A stretch of DNA of 64,000 nt, taken from the human T2T-CHM13v2.0 reference genome, Homo sapiens. Within the stretch, counting starts at the first letter, position 1. The number at the start of each line of letters is the position of its first letter. Both the position numbers and the translations under genes were made by a program. The stretch is from NCBI RefSeq assembly GCF_009914755.1, contig NC_060948.1. One strand, written 5' to 3'. The notes below the pieces were generated by a model. It was not told where the DNA came from and ran no database searches. It saw only the letters and a list, made by a program, of their open reading frames with translations. Of this stretch, positions 26,321 to 45,389 are shown one piece after another.

Positions 26321-28096
26321 TCAGAACAAAACTAAAGGCATCACACTACCTGACTTCAAATTATACTAAGTCTATAGTTTATATATACACAAGTCTATAG
26401 TAACTAAAACTTCATGGTACTGCTACCAAAACAGATATATAGATTAATGGAGCAGAACAGAGGCCTCAGAAATAACACCACACATCTACAACCATCTGAT
26501 TGTGACCAAAAAAAGCAATGGGGGAAGGATTCCCTCTTCAATAAATGGTGTTAGGAAAACTGACTAGCCATGTGCAGAAAACAGAAACTGAACCCCTTCC
26601 TTACACTTTATTAAGAAATTAACTCAAGATGGCTTAAAGACTTAAACGTAAAACCCCAAACCTAGGCAATACCATTCAGAATATAGGCATGGGAAAAGCC
26701 TTCATATCTAAAACAGCAAAAGCAATTGCAACAACAACAAAAAAAAAAAAACAGAATTGTCAAAGTGGATCTAATTAAACTAAAAGTCTTCTGCTCAGGA
26801 AAAGAAATTATCATCAGACTGAACAGGCATCCTACAACATGGGAGAAAGTTTTTGCAGTCTATCCATTTAACAAACGGCTAATAATCAGAATCTACAAGG
26901 AACTTAAACAAATTTACAAGAAAAAAAAACAACCCCATCAAAAAGTGGATGAAGGAGATGAACAGACACTTCTCAAAAGAAGACATTCATGGCCAGGTGT
27001 GGAGGCTCACACCTGTAATCACAGCACTTTGGGAGGTCGAGAAGGGCATATCAGGAGGTCAGGAGTTTGAGACCAGCCTGGCAAATATGGTGAAACCCTG
27101 TCTCTACTAAAAAGTACAAAAATTAGCCAGGCATGGTGGTGCACACCTGTAGTTCCAGCTAATTGAGAGGCTCAGACAGAAGAATTTCTTGAACCTAGGA
27201 GGCGGAGGTTACAGTGAGCCAAGATTGGGCCACTGCACTCAAGCCTGGGCAACAAGCGAGACCCCATCTCAAAGAAAAAATAAAGAGAAGACATTCATGC
27301 AGTCGACAAACATATGAAAAAAAGCTCATCATCACTGCTCATTATAGAAATGAAAATCAAAACCACAATGAGATAGCATCTCACACCAGTTAGAATGGCG
27401 ATTATTAAAAAGTCTGGAAACAACAGATGTTGGCTAGGATGTAGAGAAATAGGAATGCTTTTATACTGTTGGTGGGAATGTAAATTTGTTCAGCCATTTT
27501 GGAAGACATAATGGCAATTCCTCAAGGATCTAGAACCAGAAATACCATTTGACTCAGCAATCCCATTACTGGGTATATACCCAAAGGATTATAAATCATT
27601 CTACTATGAAGAAACATGCACATGTATGTTTATTGCAGCACAATTTACAATAGCAAAGAGTTGAAATCAACCCAAATGCCCACCAATGATAGACTGGATA
27701 AATAAAATGTGTCACATATACATCATGGAATACTACGCAGCCATAAAAAAGAATGAGTTCATGTCCTTTGCAGGAACATGAATGAAGCTGGAAACCATCA
27801 TTCTCAGCAAACTAACACAAGAACAGAAAACTAAACAACACATGTTCTTACTCGGAAGTGGGAGTTGAACAATGAGAACACACAGATGCAGGGAGAGGGG
27901 TTGGCGTTAAGGGGAGGGAGATCATTAGGACAGATACCTAATACATGAGGGTTTTAAAACCTAGATGATGGGTTGATAGTTGCAGCAAACCAACATGGTG
28001 CATGTATATACATAACAAACCTGCATGTATAAATTCATAACAAACTTGCATATTCAGGACATGTATCCCAGAATTTAAAGTAAAAAAAAAAAAAAG
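26321..28096 (+). mobile_element. 5'-truncated younger L1 (about L1PA8-10) nested in the old L1
   Basis: Restarts at [13 protein letters not shown], a segment the host already passed near 26170. Continues through the ORF2 C-terminus, 3'UTR (cattaggacagatacctaat...cctagatgatgggttgatag) and poly-A at 28082-28095. Confidence 0.85.
26991..27285 (+). mobile_element. AluS with TSD agaagacattcat (26978-26990 / 27286-27298)
   Basis: Full Alu dimer, A tail, exact 13-bp target-site duplication. Confidence 0.95.
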
Positions 28097-28099
28097 TAA

Positions 28100-28750
28100 A
28101 GACAGAAAAAGGTAAAGAAATAGCAGATGTTTGCAAGGATGCTGAGTAATGTGAAATATTATGTACTCTTGGTGGGAATGCAAACTAGTTCAATAACTGT
28201 GGAATGCAGTCTATTATTCTAAAAAAAGTATGTATATATTCACACACATATATTATTTCTCATATATACATATATATGAGAAATATATAATATGTATATA
28301 TGAGAAAGATATATGTGTGTGTGTATATGTGTGTATATATATGTGTATATGTATATATCCTGTATATATATGTATATATGTGTATATACATATATACATA
28401 TATTATGTGTGTGTTCATATATATGTGGGTATATATATGAGAGAGAGTGAGAGAGAGAGGCCTTTATTCTACTTCATGTAATGCAAAAACAGAAAAACAA
28501 ATACCATATGTTGTCACTTATAGATGGAAGATAAAAATTGAATATACATAAATAAAAGGTTGGATAAAATAGGCACGGGGCAACTAGTCGGGGGAGTAAA
28601 GGAGAAGAAATAGACTAAAGAACCACCTTTTGGGTACTTTGCTTACTGCTTGGTTATGGAGCCATTGGTACCTCAGCATCACATAGTTTACCCATGTTGC
28701 AAACCTACATTTGTACACTTTAATCTATAATAAAACCTCAAAAAAAAAAA
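28100..28750 (+). mobile_element. 3' end of the old host L1 (L1PA15/16-like 3'UTR, poly-A)
   Basis: gcagatgtttgcaaggatgctgag...ggtgggaatgcaaactagttc; cctcagcatcacatagtttacccatgttgcaaacctac...aataaaa + A tail. Confidence 0.75.
28229..28459. repeat. Compound (TA/TG)n-(GA)n microsatellite
   Basis: Directly visible dinucleotide repeats. Confidence 0.9.
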
Positions 28751-28789
28751 CTCTTTTTAGAGTAACGCCTGTGTTACTACCTTAGTTAT

Positions 28790-29750
28790 TTCTAGAGTGT
28801 TTCTTCCAATATATATTTAGATGTGGGACTTTTTTTTCCAGTATAAACTCTTTGGTGTTTTCTAAGGTGTATGTTGTGGGCAAAGTTCCCACCACATTTC
28901 TTATATATGTAGCGGTTCACTTCTATAGAAATTCTCTATTGAGTAATATATAGGTGGCAGTTAAAGCTTTTTCTAACTTCTTTACATTTGTAAAATTTCT
29001 CTTCAATATAAATAACATGGTGTTCTCTAAGGCATATATTTTGAATAATAGTTTTTCCAAGATCATTACCTGTTTAGGTTTTTATATAACGCCAGATTCT
29101 AACTTTGAATAATATGTGAGCATTAGTTCTCACATTTGCCTTTCTTTACACTTGCAGAGTTTCTAAATAGTATGAATTATCTTGATTTTAGTAAGCTCTG
29201 AAAACTGGGTTAGAGCTTTCCAGGATTATTCACATGTGTATAGATTTTCTAAACGGCATAGTTTGAATGCCAATTAAAGGCTTTGCTCCATTTTTTATAA
29301 TTGCAGGATATCTCTCCAAAATGGATTCCCAAATGCTGTGTAAGGGTCGAATAGTAGTTAAAGAATTTGCCACATTCTTTACACTTGAATTTTTAGGATA
29401 AATTTTCATTTGAACTGAGATGTAATAATTGACTAAAATTTTTTTCACGTTTATTACATTTATTTGAGTTTTCTTTAACATGAATTTCTTCATTTTTTGC
29501 AAGTCCTGAGAACTGGTTAAAAATTTACCATATTTATTTTATTCAAAATGCTTCTCTTGAATATGAATACCAGATGAACAATAAATTTTGAGAATTGATG
29601 AAAGACTTTCACCATTCTCTTGTATTTGTAATGATTCTTTAGAAAATGAGTAATCTCATGTTTACTAAAATTTTTGACATGGATAAAGTTTTTATTATCT
29701 TCATTACAAAAGGCATATTTTAGAAATTGGTGTTGATATGTTCTCTCACA
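28790..29750 (-). pseudogene. Decayed C2H2 zinc-finger array of a KRAB-ZNF (ZNF91-family-like) pseudogene
   Basis: Minus strand gives repeated HTGEKPYKCEECGKAF-like remnants, e.g. IYIEEKFYKCKEVRKAL (~28965-29015) and LTKIKIIHTI*KLCKCKE (~29142-29195), with stops and frameshifts. Confidence 0.8.
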
Positions 29751-29756
29751 TATTTT

Positions 29757-29808
29757 GAGGTCAGGAGTTTGAGACCAGCCTGACAAATACGGTGAAACGG
29801 AGTCTCTG
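29757..29808 (+). mobile_element. Short Alu left-arm fragment
   Basis: gaggtcaggagtttgagaccagcctgacaaatacggtgaaac. Confidence 0.75.
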
Positions 29809-29835
29809 CACAGTTCTGTGGAAATAGCTGACACA

Positions 29836-30214
<379 letters not shown>

Positions 30215-30289
30215 TCATTTTTGTAATGAGTAGTTGTCACACATTAGCTGTATACTTTATGTAACTACATTCTTTCTGCCCTTCACCTT

Positions 30290-30905
30290 CATGTATATTT
30301 TCAATACTAGGTTTTATTTATTCTATTTTTCATATCCATTAACAATGCTCACTTCGCTCCAAACCCCCACCATCCTTTTCAGAATCTGGTAATCGTCCTT
30401 TAATTTTCTATCTTCCTGAGTGCAATTGTTTTCATTTTAGCTCTCACAATTATTTGAGAACAAATGAAGTTTGCCTTTGTATGCCTAACTTATCTCACTT
30501 ACTATAATAACCTTCAGTTTTATTGATGTTATTACAAATGACAGAATCTCATTTCTTTTTGTATCTGAATAATACCCATGTAATATATGTACAATTTTCT
30601 TGATACATTTGTCTGTTTTTGATGGACACTTGGATTGTGTTCAAATATTGGCTATTGTGAATGGTGTTGCAACCAATAGGGGAGCTCAGATATTCCTTTG
30701 ATATTAGGATGTCCTTTCTTTTGAATATATGCCAAGCAGTGGGATTGCTGTCACACTATCCCTAGAAGCTATAAATTGTTTTCTATAGTGGTTTTACTAA
30801 TTTACATTTTCATAGTGTACAGGAGCTCTCTTTCGTTTACATCTTCACCAGGATTTGGTATTGTCTATGTTTTGGATAAAAGTCTTTTTTTATTGGGATG
30901 AGAAA
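30290..30905 (-). mobile_element. L1MA-like 3' end
   Basis: ccattaacaatgctcacttc...gagaacaaatgaagtttg...ggacacttggattg...gcagtgggattgctg resembles antisense L1M 3' region. Confidence 0.7.
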
Positions 30906-30909
30906 AACA

Positions 30910-32545
30910 AATAAGCAAATAATAAGAATAATAAGGAAAAATGTATACTTTCACTTATCTCCCCATTTTTTAACTCTTTCTATTTATATTTTATTGCAAT
31001 TTCTATGACTCAAAAAGATATTGTAGTGATAATTTTTATAAGTTTACCTTTTTATCTTTTGATTTAAGATGAGTTATTTTCACACAAGAATTAAAATGTT
31101 ATTACTTTCTGTTTTTCTGTGTAGTACTGCTAGTGAGTTTTGTACCTACAGATTATTTTTTATTTCTCATGAACATCCTTTTTTTCAGATTAAAAATTAT
31201 TTTTGGCATTTCTTGTAGAACAAGTTTACTGTTGATGAAACCTTCAACTTTAGTTTGTTTGTAAAAGTATTTTTTTCACCTTCCTATTGGAAAAAATATA
31301 CTATTCTAGAATAAAAGATTTTTTTTTGTTTTGTGTTGTTTGTTTTTCTTCAGCACTTTAAATACATCATGCCTCTCTTTCCTGTCCTGTAAGATTTTCA
31401 CTGAAAAGTCTGCTACCAAACATTGGAGTTTTGTCGTATGTCACTTTTTCTGCTTATGCTTTTAAGATATTTGCTTTATTCTTGACCTTTGGAAGTTTGA
31501 TTATTACATCACTTGAGGTAGTCTTCCTTGGGTTAAATCTGCTTTGTGTTCCATAACTTTTTGTACTTCAATGTTGATTCTTTCTGTAGGTTTAGAGTTA
31601 ATCTGTTTTAACCATTTGAATAAATGTTGTATTCTTAATCACGCTCTCCACTTCTTGTTTAAGGTCAATAATTTTTAGATATTTTCTTTTGTGGTCATTT
31701 TTCAGATCTTGTCAGCATTTTATTTTATTTGTTTGCTTTTTCTGACTGTGTATTTTCAAATAGCCTGTCTTCAAGCTAATTATTTTTTTCTGCTTGTTTA
31801 ATTCTGCTATTGAAAGAAGTGGATACATTCTTTAGTATATTGGACTAACGTATTGTTTAATAACAGCAATAATGTTAGTACAAGTAACACGAAGACATTC
31901 TCCAGTCAGTTACATTTTTACACTCCAAATTTGAGGCTCGACTTTTTCATTATTTAATTTTTTTGGTAAGTGTATTTGATAAGATTTTAGGCTGGGCGCA
32001 GTGGCCCATGCCCTTAATTCCAGAACTTTGGGAGGCTGAGGCAGGTGGATCACCAGGTCAAGAGATCGAGACCGTCCTGGCCAACATGGTGAAACCTTGT
32101 TTCTACTAAAAATACAAAAGTTAGCTGGGCCATGGTGGCTCATGCCTGTAGTCCCAGCCACTCAAGTGGCTGAGGCAGGAGAATCACTGGAAGCCAGGAT
32201 GTGGGAGTTGCAGTGAACTGAAATCACACCACTGCCCTGCAGCCTGGCAACAGAACGAGACTTTGTTTCAAACAAACAAACAAACAGTTTAAATTTCTTC
32301 TGTTTTATCTTGAATTTGAGTTTCTGCAAAACAGCTATTTTGAATTCTCTGTGTGAAAAGAAATATATCTCTGTCTCCCTGGATTTGGCTTCTGGTACCT
32401 TACTTAGTTTACTTAGTGAGATCATGGTTTCCTGAATATTCTTGATGCTTGTGAATATTTGTTGATATCTGGGCATCAAATAGTTAATTATCTTTGTTCT
32501 TTTTACAGATTGGGCTTATTCCTACCTGTTCTTTTTGAGAAAGCT
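30910..32545 (-). mobile_element. Old L1M 5'/ORF1-region fragment, interrupted by an Alu
   Basis: cctgtaagattttcactgaaaagtctgct, ttgacctttggaagtttgatt and ttcaaatagcctgtcttcaagct are typical of antisense old L1 ORF1 region. Confidence 0.6.
31990..32287 (+). mobile_element. AluS
   Basis: Full dimer ggctgggcgcagtggc... with (caaa)n tail. Confidence 0.92.
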
Positions 32546-33399
32546 AGGATATCTAACTCAATAGTTTTTATTGCCCTATAGATTCATAGGGATTATCTTT
32601 TACTTCTCGCTACTCTATGTCAATCACACACACACAAAGTAACACACACACAGAGAAACACACACTCGCATAAATTCACACACAACACACAAAAAACTTT
32701 GTTGATTGTCAGACCTGGTACAGTCAACATGCTACATGTTATAGACTGTCAGGCATCAGACATCTTATATTGATATTCAATTAATGACACCTCTTTTGAT
32801 GTAATGCGTCATAAAATTCTAGTTTCTAAAGAAATAGAAGCTACATAGTAACAACAGAAATACATTGGAATTACAGGTCACTTTGTTTCCTTTCACAAAG
32901 AGAAGCAGTCTTCCCTGACCATGAAAGGAGGTTTCTTTTCTGGTCAATAAGAGACTTGTGCAAGAGAACCTCATTTTGAATTTTACCAAGTTAACTAGAA
33001 GGAACCAGATTAAGTTTTCACATTTGCAGAAAGTGATCAGAGATGGAAATTTACTTTAATTAATACAACAACTTACATTATACACATCTGATTTGTGGAC
33101 AATGAAAAATATCCAAGTCTCTTTTAATTGATATGCTTTGTCTTTTATTTTTGACATTTTTTTAAAAAAAATCAAATTTCTTTTCTATGAAGTTTCTCAC
33201 CGTCTGAATTTTATTAATGCAGCCCTAAGAATGTTGGATATGTTTTGTTTTCTCTGTATTTCCTAAATTGTTAATTAGATCTGGATATTGGATCAGATTC
33301 AGGTTGATATTATTTCCCAAATACACAGTCGCAATTGTGTACCTTTATAAGAAGAAATATAATGTTTAGTTTTGGTTTTTTAGTAGTCCAAATATTGCC

Positions 33400-34030
33400 T
33401 TATTGACATATTATATCCAAAAACTGAATACTGCATACACTTTTTCAATATACATGAAATATTTAACAAAATCAAACAAATGCTGAACCTTAGAGCAAAT
33501 GTCAATACATTTTAAAGGATAGAATCATGCAGAGTGTATTGTAGAAAATATACTAGAAACCAACAATAGGAAGATATCTAAATATTCCTCAAATATTTAG
33601 AAATTCACTTTTAAATATTTAATAAGTCAAAGGAGAAATCAAATGGAAATGAGAAAATACATCAAACTAAATAATAACACAACATATCAAAACTGATGAA
33701 TAAAACTAATAAAAGTGTTTAGAGGAAACTATATAGCATTAAGTGTACCTACTTAAAAAGATGGAAAATCACCTATTATTCCTGAGCTAAAAAAGAAAAC
33801 AAATAGCAGAATCTAGACAAATATAAGTCAAAAAATAATAAAGAAACAAAAATGAATAAAATACAAAGCAAATGTATAACAAAAAATTAACACAACTTAG
33901 TTTGTTAGGTGAGAACACCCATAAAAATGATAAACCCCTAGCAAGTCTGCAGAGTTAGAAGCAATGCACAAATTTCCTCCACAAGCATATCACAATATAT
34001 CTGAAAGATAGTAAAGAAGAATTATGAAAT
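33400..34030 (+). mobile_element. Ancient L1M ORF2 endonuclease-region fragment
   Basis: A-rich with acaacatatcaaaac, gtgtttagaggaaac and gataaacccctagcaag motifs. Confidence 0.55.
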
Positions 34031-34332
34031 TTTTGTCCTGTATCATGTTAATGTATGCTAATATTGTATTTAGATAAAAATTGACATGTATTTTTTCTAC
34101 TTTACAGAATAGTTTGCATAAAAGTGATTCTGGAGGTATGTACAAAAGTGTTTTTAATTACAGATTAAATTTTTAAAATACTTATATTACTAATCAGATT
34201 TTCTAAGTGGAACAAAAAGAAACCAGAAACCTGAAGAAATAATCAAAACATGTTTATCATAAGATATTTACCAAAGTAGAAATAAACAGAAAGACAGTTT
34301 CTTCATTTAATATGAGGTAGTTTTATTACACG

Positions 34333-34788
34333 CTGTTAGTTTTCCAAGGTTGCTATAACAAGGTACTACAAAATGAGTGGCTTCAAACAAAAACAAAATC
34401 TAATCCCTCATACTTCTTGACAATCAAAGTTGGAAATCAAGTTATCAGCAATACACTCCTTTTGAAGCCTCTGAGGAAAAAAAAGAAAAAAACTATTTCA
34501 TACCTCTTTCTTAGCCTTTAGTAACTCATGCATATCATTTTTTTCTGACTTTCAAATATATTACTTTTATTGCTGCCTCAGATTTCACATGGCATTCTCA
34601 TTGTGTTATTCCATGTCCAATTTTTTCTGTTCTTTTGTTACAGTATATATATTAGTGTTCACCTCAGTCCAATATTATATTACTTTGATTATATCTGCAA
34701 AGATTCTCTTCCAAAATAAGGTCACATTCAGTTACTGGAATTTAGGATTTTGACATCTTTGGGGGGAAAGACAATTAACTCCAAAATA
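34333..34788 (-). mobile_element. MLT1 (MaLR) solo LTR
   Basis: ttagttttccaaggttgctataacaaggtactacaaaatgagtggcttcaaacaa...atctgcaaagattctcttccaaaataaggtcacattc...ggggggaaagacaatt. Confidence 0.75.
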
Positions 34789-34799
34789 ATCTCAAAAGT

Positions 34800-36870
<2,071 letters not shown>

Positions 36871-37074
36871 TTATAATTAAATATTATACCTTAAAATATT
36901 CATAGGTGAGAGTAAATTTTAGGAGCATTAGAACAGAGGTAATATTACTGACAAATTTTGGTGTAAAAATGACTAACAAAATACTAGCAAACTGAATTCA
37001 ATAAAACCTTACAAAGATCATTTATCATGACCAAATGATATCTATCCCAGGGATACAAATATATATATTTTTAA

Positions 37075-37255
37075 TTATCTCTGTGTGGTTCCACAAACCT
37101 GTGGTCCCAACTGCTTGAGAGGCTGAGGTAGAAGAATCACTAGAAAACATGAGATCAAAGCTGCAGTGAGGAGTGGTTGCACCACTCCATTCCAGACTGA
37201 GTTGCAGAACAAGACCCTGCCTTCAGAAAACAAACCCAGCAACAACAAAAACAAA
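37075..37255 (+). mobile_element. Old Alu right monomer (AluJ/FRAM-like)
   Basis: cctgtggtcccaactgcttgagaggctgagg...gctgcagtgag...aagaccctg + A-rich tail. Confidence 0.7.
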
Positions 37256-37800
37256 ATAAAATGATGAAAAATAAACATGAATTCATAGAAATGGAGAAAA
37301 ATGAAGACAAAGTAAAAGAAGTGAAGTGGGAAAAGAAAACTACATAAAATAAAATAAGGAATAATACAAAATAAAATATAATAATATATATCATTAATAT
37401 AAAATATAGATACATAAATAAAAATAATGTAAAGTATAATGAAATATAAATTAAAATAACATAAAGAATAATAAAATAAAATAAATTAAATGTAAAGATA
37501 AATAACAAAACATCAAGGAATAAAGAGAAAGTTAAATATATCAAAAGAAATAAAATTAAATTAAAATATAAAATGAAAAATAAAAACAAGAGAGACAAAA
37601 AATAAAGGGAAATAAAATATTTTTATTAAAAGTACGAAATGATAAATAAAATGAAATGTGTAGATACAAAATAAAATAAAAAGAAAGTAAATGCAATGAA
37701 ATGAGGAGAAATGGAACAAAATGAAGAGATGTATAAAGAAATACAAAATGACAAACAAAATGAAATAAAACAAAAGAAATATGAGAAAATAGAGAAAAAT
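37255..37800 (+). repeat. Degenerate A-rich (AAAAT/AAATG)n tract
   Basis: Strong A skew, repeated aaaat/aaatg. Confidence 0.85.
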
Positions 37801-38310
37801 AACCCTACCATTTGACTCTGCAATCCAATATACCCACAGAAAAATAAATCATTATAGCAAAAAGACACATGCACACTCATATGTTCATCAAAATAGTATT
37901 CACAATAGCAAAGTCATGAAATCAGCTTTAGATGCCCATCAATGATAAACTGGATAAAGAGAATATACACTATGCACTATGACATCTTACACAGCCATAA
38001 AATTTATAAAATTATGTCCTTTGCAGCAACATGAATTGAGCCGAAATCACAATCCTAAGTAAATTAACACAGGAACAGAAAAATCAAATGTCGCATGGTC
38101 TTAGTTATAAGTGGGAGCTAAACACTGGACTGATATAAATATAAATATGGGAATAATCTGAACTGTAGACTACTAGTCAGGATAATGAGGAAGAATGGAA
38201 TAAGGGGGAAAAATTACCTATCGGGTTCTATGCATAAATCTTTCCTGCAATATACCCAGGTAACAAACTTGCACATAGAACTCCTGTATCTAAAATAAAA
38301 ATTTAAAAAT
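37800..38310 (+). mobile_element. Old L1PA/L1PB 3' end
   Basis: ctaccatttgactctgcaatccc...aaagacacatgcac...aattacctatcgggttctatg...aaacttgcacat...aaaataaaa. Confidence 0.75.
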
Positions 38311-38687
38311 AATTACATATTAGTGATGAATAATTTACATTATAGTATTGCTTTAAGAGAAGAATTCTAAAAAACAAAGAAATGAAAGAAAAACATTGAA
38401 AATACACTACCAGTAAAACTGAAAGAAATCGATTAAGAATTTAGGGTAAAATTATGAAATCTAAAGCTAATTATCTTAATTTTCTTTTGTTACCTGAGCA
38501 AAAAGAAAAATCTTTAATGGAAATCTACAATTGCATTTTAATTACCAATCTAGTGTTCAAAAAGTTCTGCAAGAATGTAATGCAACAAAAATCATTAATT
38601 CATCATAAAAATCTTCTATGCTTCAAGATGCAGTTGGTTTATTAAAAGACACTGCTAAAAATAAACAAAAATAAAACAGAGTAATAA

Positions 38688-38985
38688 GGCTGGTCACAGT
38701 GGCTCAGGCCTGTAATCCCAGGACTGTGGGAGACCTAAGTGGGTGTATCACATGAGGTCAGCAGTTGGAGACCAACCTGGCCAACATGCTGAAACCTCCT
38801 CTGTACTAAAAATACACAGATTAACCGGTGTGGTGTTGCGTGCCTGTAATCCCAGCTGCTTGGGAGGCTGAGGCAGGAGAATCACTTCAGCAGGTGTAGC
38901 AGAGGTTGCAGTGAACCGAGATCATACCACTGCAATCCAGCATGGGAGACAGGTGAGACTCTGTCTCAAAAAACAGATAACAACA
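38688..38985 (+). mobile_element. AluS
   Basis: Full dimer with A tail. Confidence 0.9.
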
Positions 38986-39207
38986 AAAGAAGTAAGAAGA
39001 AAAATTAGCAGAAATAAAAATAGAAAAAAATACAATAAAGAGAAATATATGAAGAATAAATCAAATAAAGTAAAATAACATAAGAGGAAATGAGAAAAAG
39101 CAAACTGAAGTGAAATGAAAGGAGTGAAAATGTAATGAAGAGATCTGAAGATTCATGAAGAGAAATAAAATAAAAAGAAATAAGATGTAATATAAAAACA
39201 AATGAAG

Positions 39208-40110
39208 GGGGGGGGCCAAGATGGCCGAATAGGAACAGCTCTCATCTACAGCTCCCAGCGTGAGCGACGCAGAAGATGGGTGATTTCTGCATTTCCATCT
39301 GAGGTACCGGGTTCATCTCACTAGGGAGTGCCAGACAGTGGGTGCAGGCCAGTGGGTGGGCGCACTGGGCGCGAGCCGAAGCAGGGCGAGGCATTGCCTC
39401 ACCTGGGAAGCCCAAGGGGTCAGGGAGTTCCCTTTCTGAGTCAAAGAAAGGGGTGACAGATGCACCTGGAAAATCGGGTCACTCCCACCCGAATATTGCG
39501 CTTTTCCGACGGGCTTAAAAAACGGAGCACCACGAGATATATCCCACCCCTGGCTCAGAGGGTCCTACACCCACGGAGTCTTGCTGATTGCTAGCACAGC
39601 AGTCTGAAAACAAACTGCAAGGCAGCAGCGAGGCTGGGGGAGGGGCGCCCGCCATTGCCCAGGCTTGCTTAGGTAAACAAAGCAGCCGGGAAGCTCCAAC
39701 TGGGTGGAGCCCACCACAGCTCAAGGAGGCCTGCCTGCCTCTGTAGGCTCCACCTCTGGGGGCAGGGCACAGACAAACAAAAAGACAGCAGTAACCTCTG
39801 CAGACTTAAATGTCCCTGTCTGACAGCTTTGAAGACAGCAGTGGTTCTCCTAGCACGCAGCTGGAGATTTGAGAACGGGTGGACTGCCTCCTCAAGTGGG
39901 TCCCTGACCCCTGACCCCCGAGCAGCCTAACTGGGAGGCACCCCCCAGCAGGGGCACACTGACACCTCACACGGCAGGGTATTCCAACAGACCTGCAGCT
40001 GAGGGTGCTGTCTGTTAGAAGGAAAACTAACAAACAGAAAGGACATCCACACTGAAAACCCGTCTGTACATCACCATCATCAAAGACCAAAAGTAGATAA
40101 AACCACAAAG
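39208..40110 (+). promoter_or_regulatory. L1 5'UTR internal sense promoter / antisense promoter, YY1 site (aagatggcc) intact
   Basis: Canonical CpG-containing L1 5'UTR; ccaagatggccg at ~39216-39227. Confidence 0.8.
39515..39655 (-). pseudogene. L1 ORF0, frameshifted and truncated
   Basis: MAGAPPPASLLPCSLFSDCCASNQQDSVGVGPSEPGVGY matches ORF0, then diverges and stops early. Confidence 0.8.
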
Positions 40111-40196
40111 ACAGGGAAAAAACAGAACAGAAAAACTGGAAACTCTAAAACGCAGAGCGCCTCTCCTCCTCCAAGAAACGCAGTTCCTCACCAGCA

Positions 40197-41126
40197 ATGG
40201 AACAAAGCTGGATGGAGAATGACTTTGACGAGCTGAGAGAAGAAGGCTACAGACGATCAAATTACTCTGAGCTACGGGAGGACATTCAAACCAAAGGCAA
40301 AGAAGTTGAAAACTTTGAAAAAAATTTAGAAGAATGTGTAACTAGAATAACCAATACAGAGAAGTGTTTAAAGGAGCTGATAGAGCTGAAAACCAAGGCT
40401 CGAGAACTACATGAAGAATGCAGAAGCCTCAGGAGCCGATGCGATCAACTGGAAGAAAGGGTATCAGCAATGGAAGATGAAATGAATGATATGAAGCGAG
40501 AAGGGAAGGTTAGAGAAAAAAGAATAAAAAGAAATGAGCAAAGCCTCCAAGAAATATGGGACTATGTGAAAAGACCAAATCTACGTCTGATTGGTGTACC
40601 TGAAAGTGATGCGGAGAATGGAACCAAGTTGGAAAACACTCTACAGGATATTATCCAGGAGAACTTCCCCAATCTAGCAAAGCAGGCCAACGTTCAGATT
40701 CAGGAAATACAGAGAACGCCACAAAGATACTCCTCGAGAAGAGCAACTCCAAGACACATAATTCTCAGATTCACCAAAGTTGAAATGAAGGAAAAAATGT
40801 TAAGGGCAGCCAGAGAGAAAGGTTGGGTTACCCTCAAAGGGAAGCCCATCAGACTAACAGCGGATCTCTCGGCAGAAACCCTACAAGCCAGAAGAGAGTG
40901 GGGACCAATATTCAACATTCTTAAAGAAAAGAATTTTCAACCCAGAATTTCATATCCAGCCAAACTAAGCTTCATAAGTGAAGGAGAAATAAAATACTTT
41001 ACAGACAAGCAAATGCTGAGAGATTTTGTCACCACCAGGCCTGCCCTAAAAGAGCTCCTGAAGGAAGCGCTAAACATGGAAAGGAACAACCAGTACCAGC
41101 CGCTGCAAAATCATGCCAAAATGTAA
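40197..41126 (+). CDS. L1 ORF1p lacking residues 1-29 (309 aa; coiled coil, RRM and CTD retained)
   Basis: MEQSWMENDFDELREEG...REKG...ARREW...YPAKLS...QNHAKM. Native ATG at 40111 is ACA. Expression unknown. Confidence 0.7.
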   Translation: MEQSWMENDFDELREEGYRRSNYSELREDIQTKGKEVENFEKNLEECVTRITNTEKCLKELIELKTKARELHEECRSLRSRCDQLEERVSAMEDEMNDMKREGKVREKRIKRNEQSLQEIWDYVKRPNLRLIGVPESDAENGTKLENTLQDIIQENFPNLAKQANVQIQEIQRTPQRYSSRRATPRHIILRFTKVEMKEKMLRAAREKGWVTLKGKPIRLTADLSAETLQARREWGPIFNILKEKNFQPRISYPAKLSFISEGEIKYFTDKQMLRDFVTTRPALKELLKEALNMERNNQYQPLQNHAKM

Positions 41127-41188
41127 AGACCATCAAGACCAGGAAGAAACTGCATCAACTAACGACAAAATCACCAGCTAACAACATA

Positions 41189-45015
<3,827 letters not shown>

Positions 45016-45389
45016 ACAATGAGATCACGTGGACACATGAAGGGGAATATCACACTCTGGGGACTGTGGTGGGGTGGGGGGAGCGGGGAGGGATAGCATT
45101 GGGAGATATACCTAAGGCTAGATGACGAGTTAGTGGGTGTATCGCACCAGCATGGCACATGTATACATATGTAACTAACCTGCACAATGTGCACATGTAC
45201 CCTAAAACTTAAAGTATAATAAAAAAAAAAAATGAAGAGATATAAAGTCAACTGAAAAGAAATAACAGAAATAATGTCAAACTACGTAAAATTAAAAACT
45301 AAAAGGGAAATAAAAAAGTAACTAAATAAAATGAAAGTGAGTACACTGATAGAGAAATGAACAGAAAAAATAGAAATATAAAATAATAA

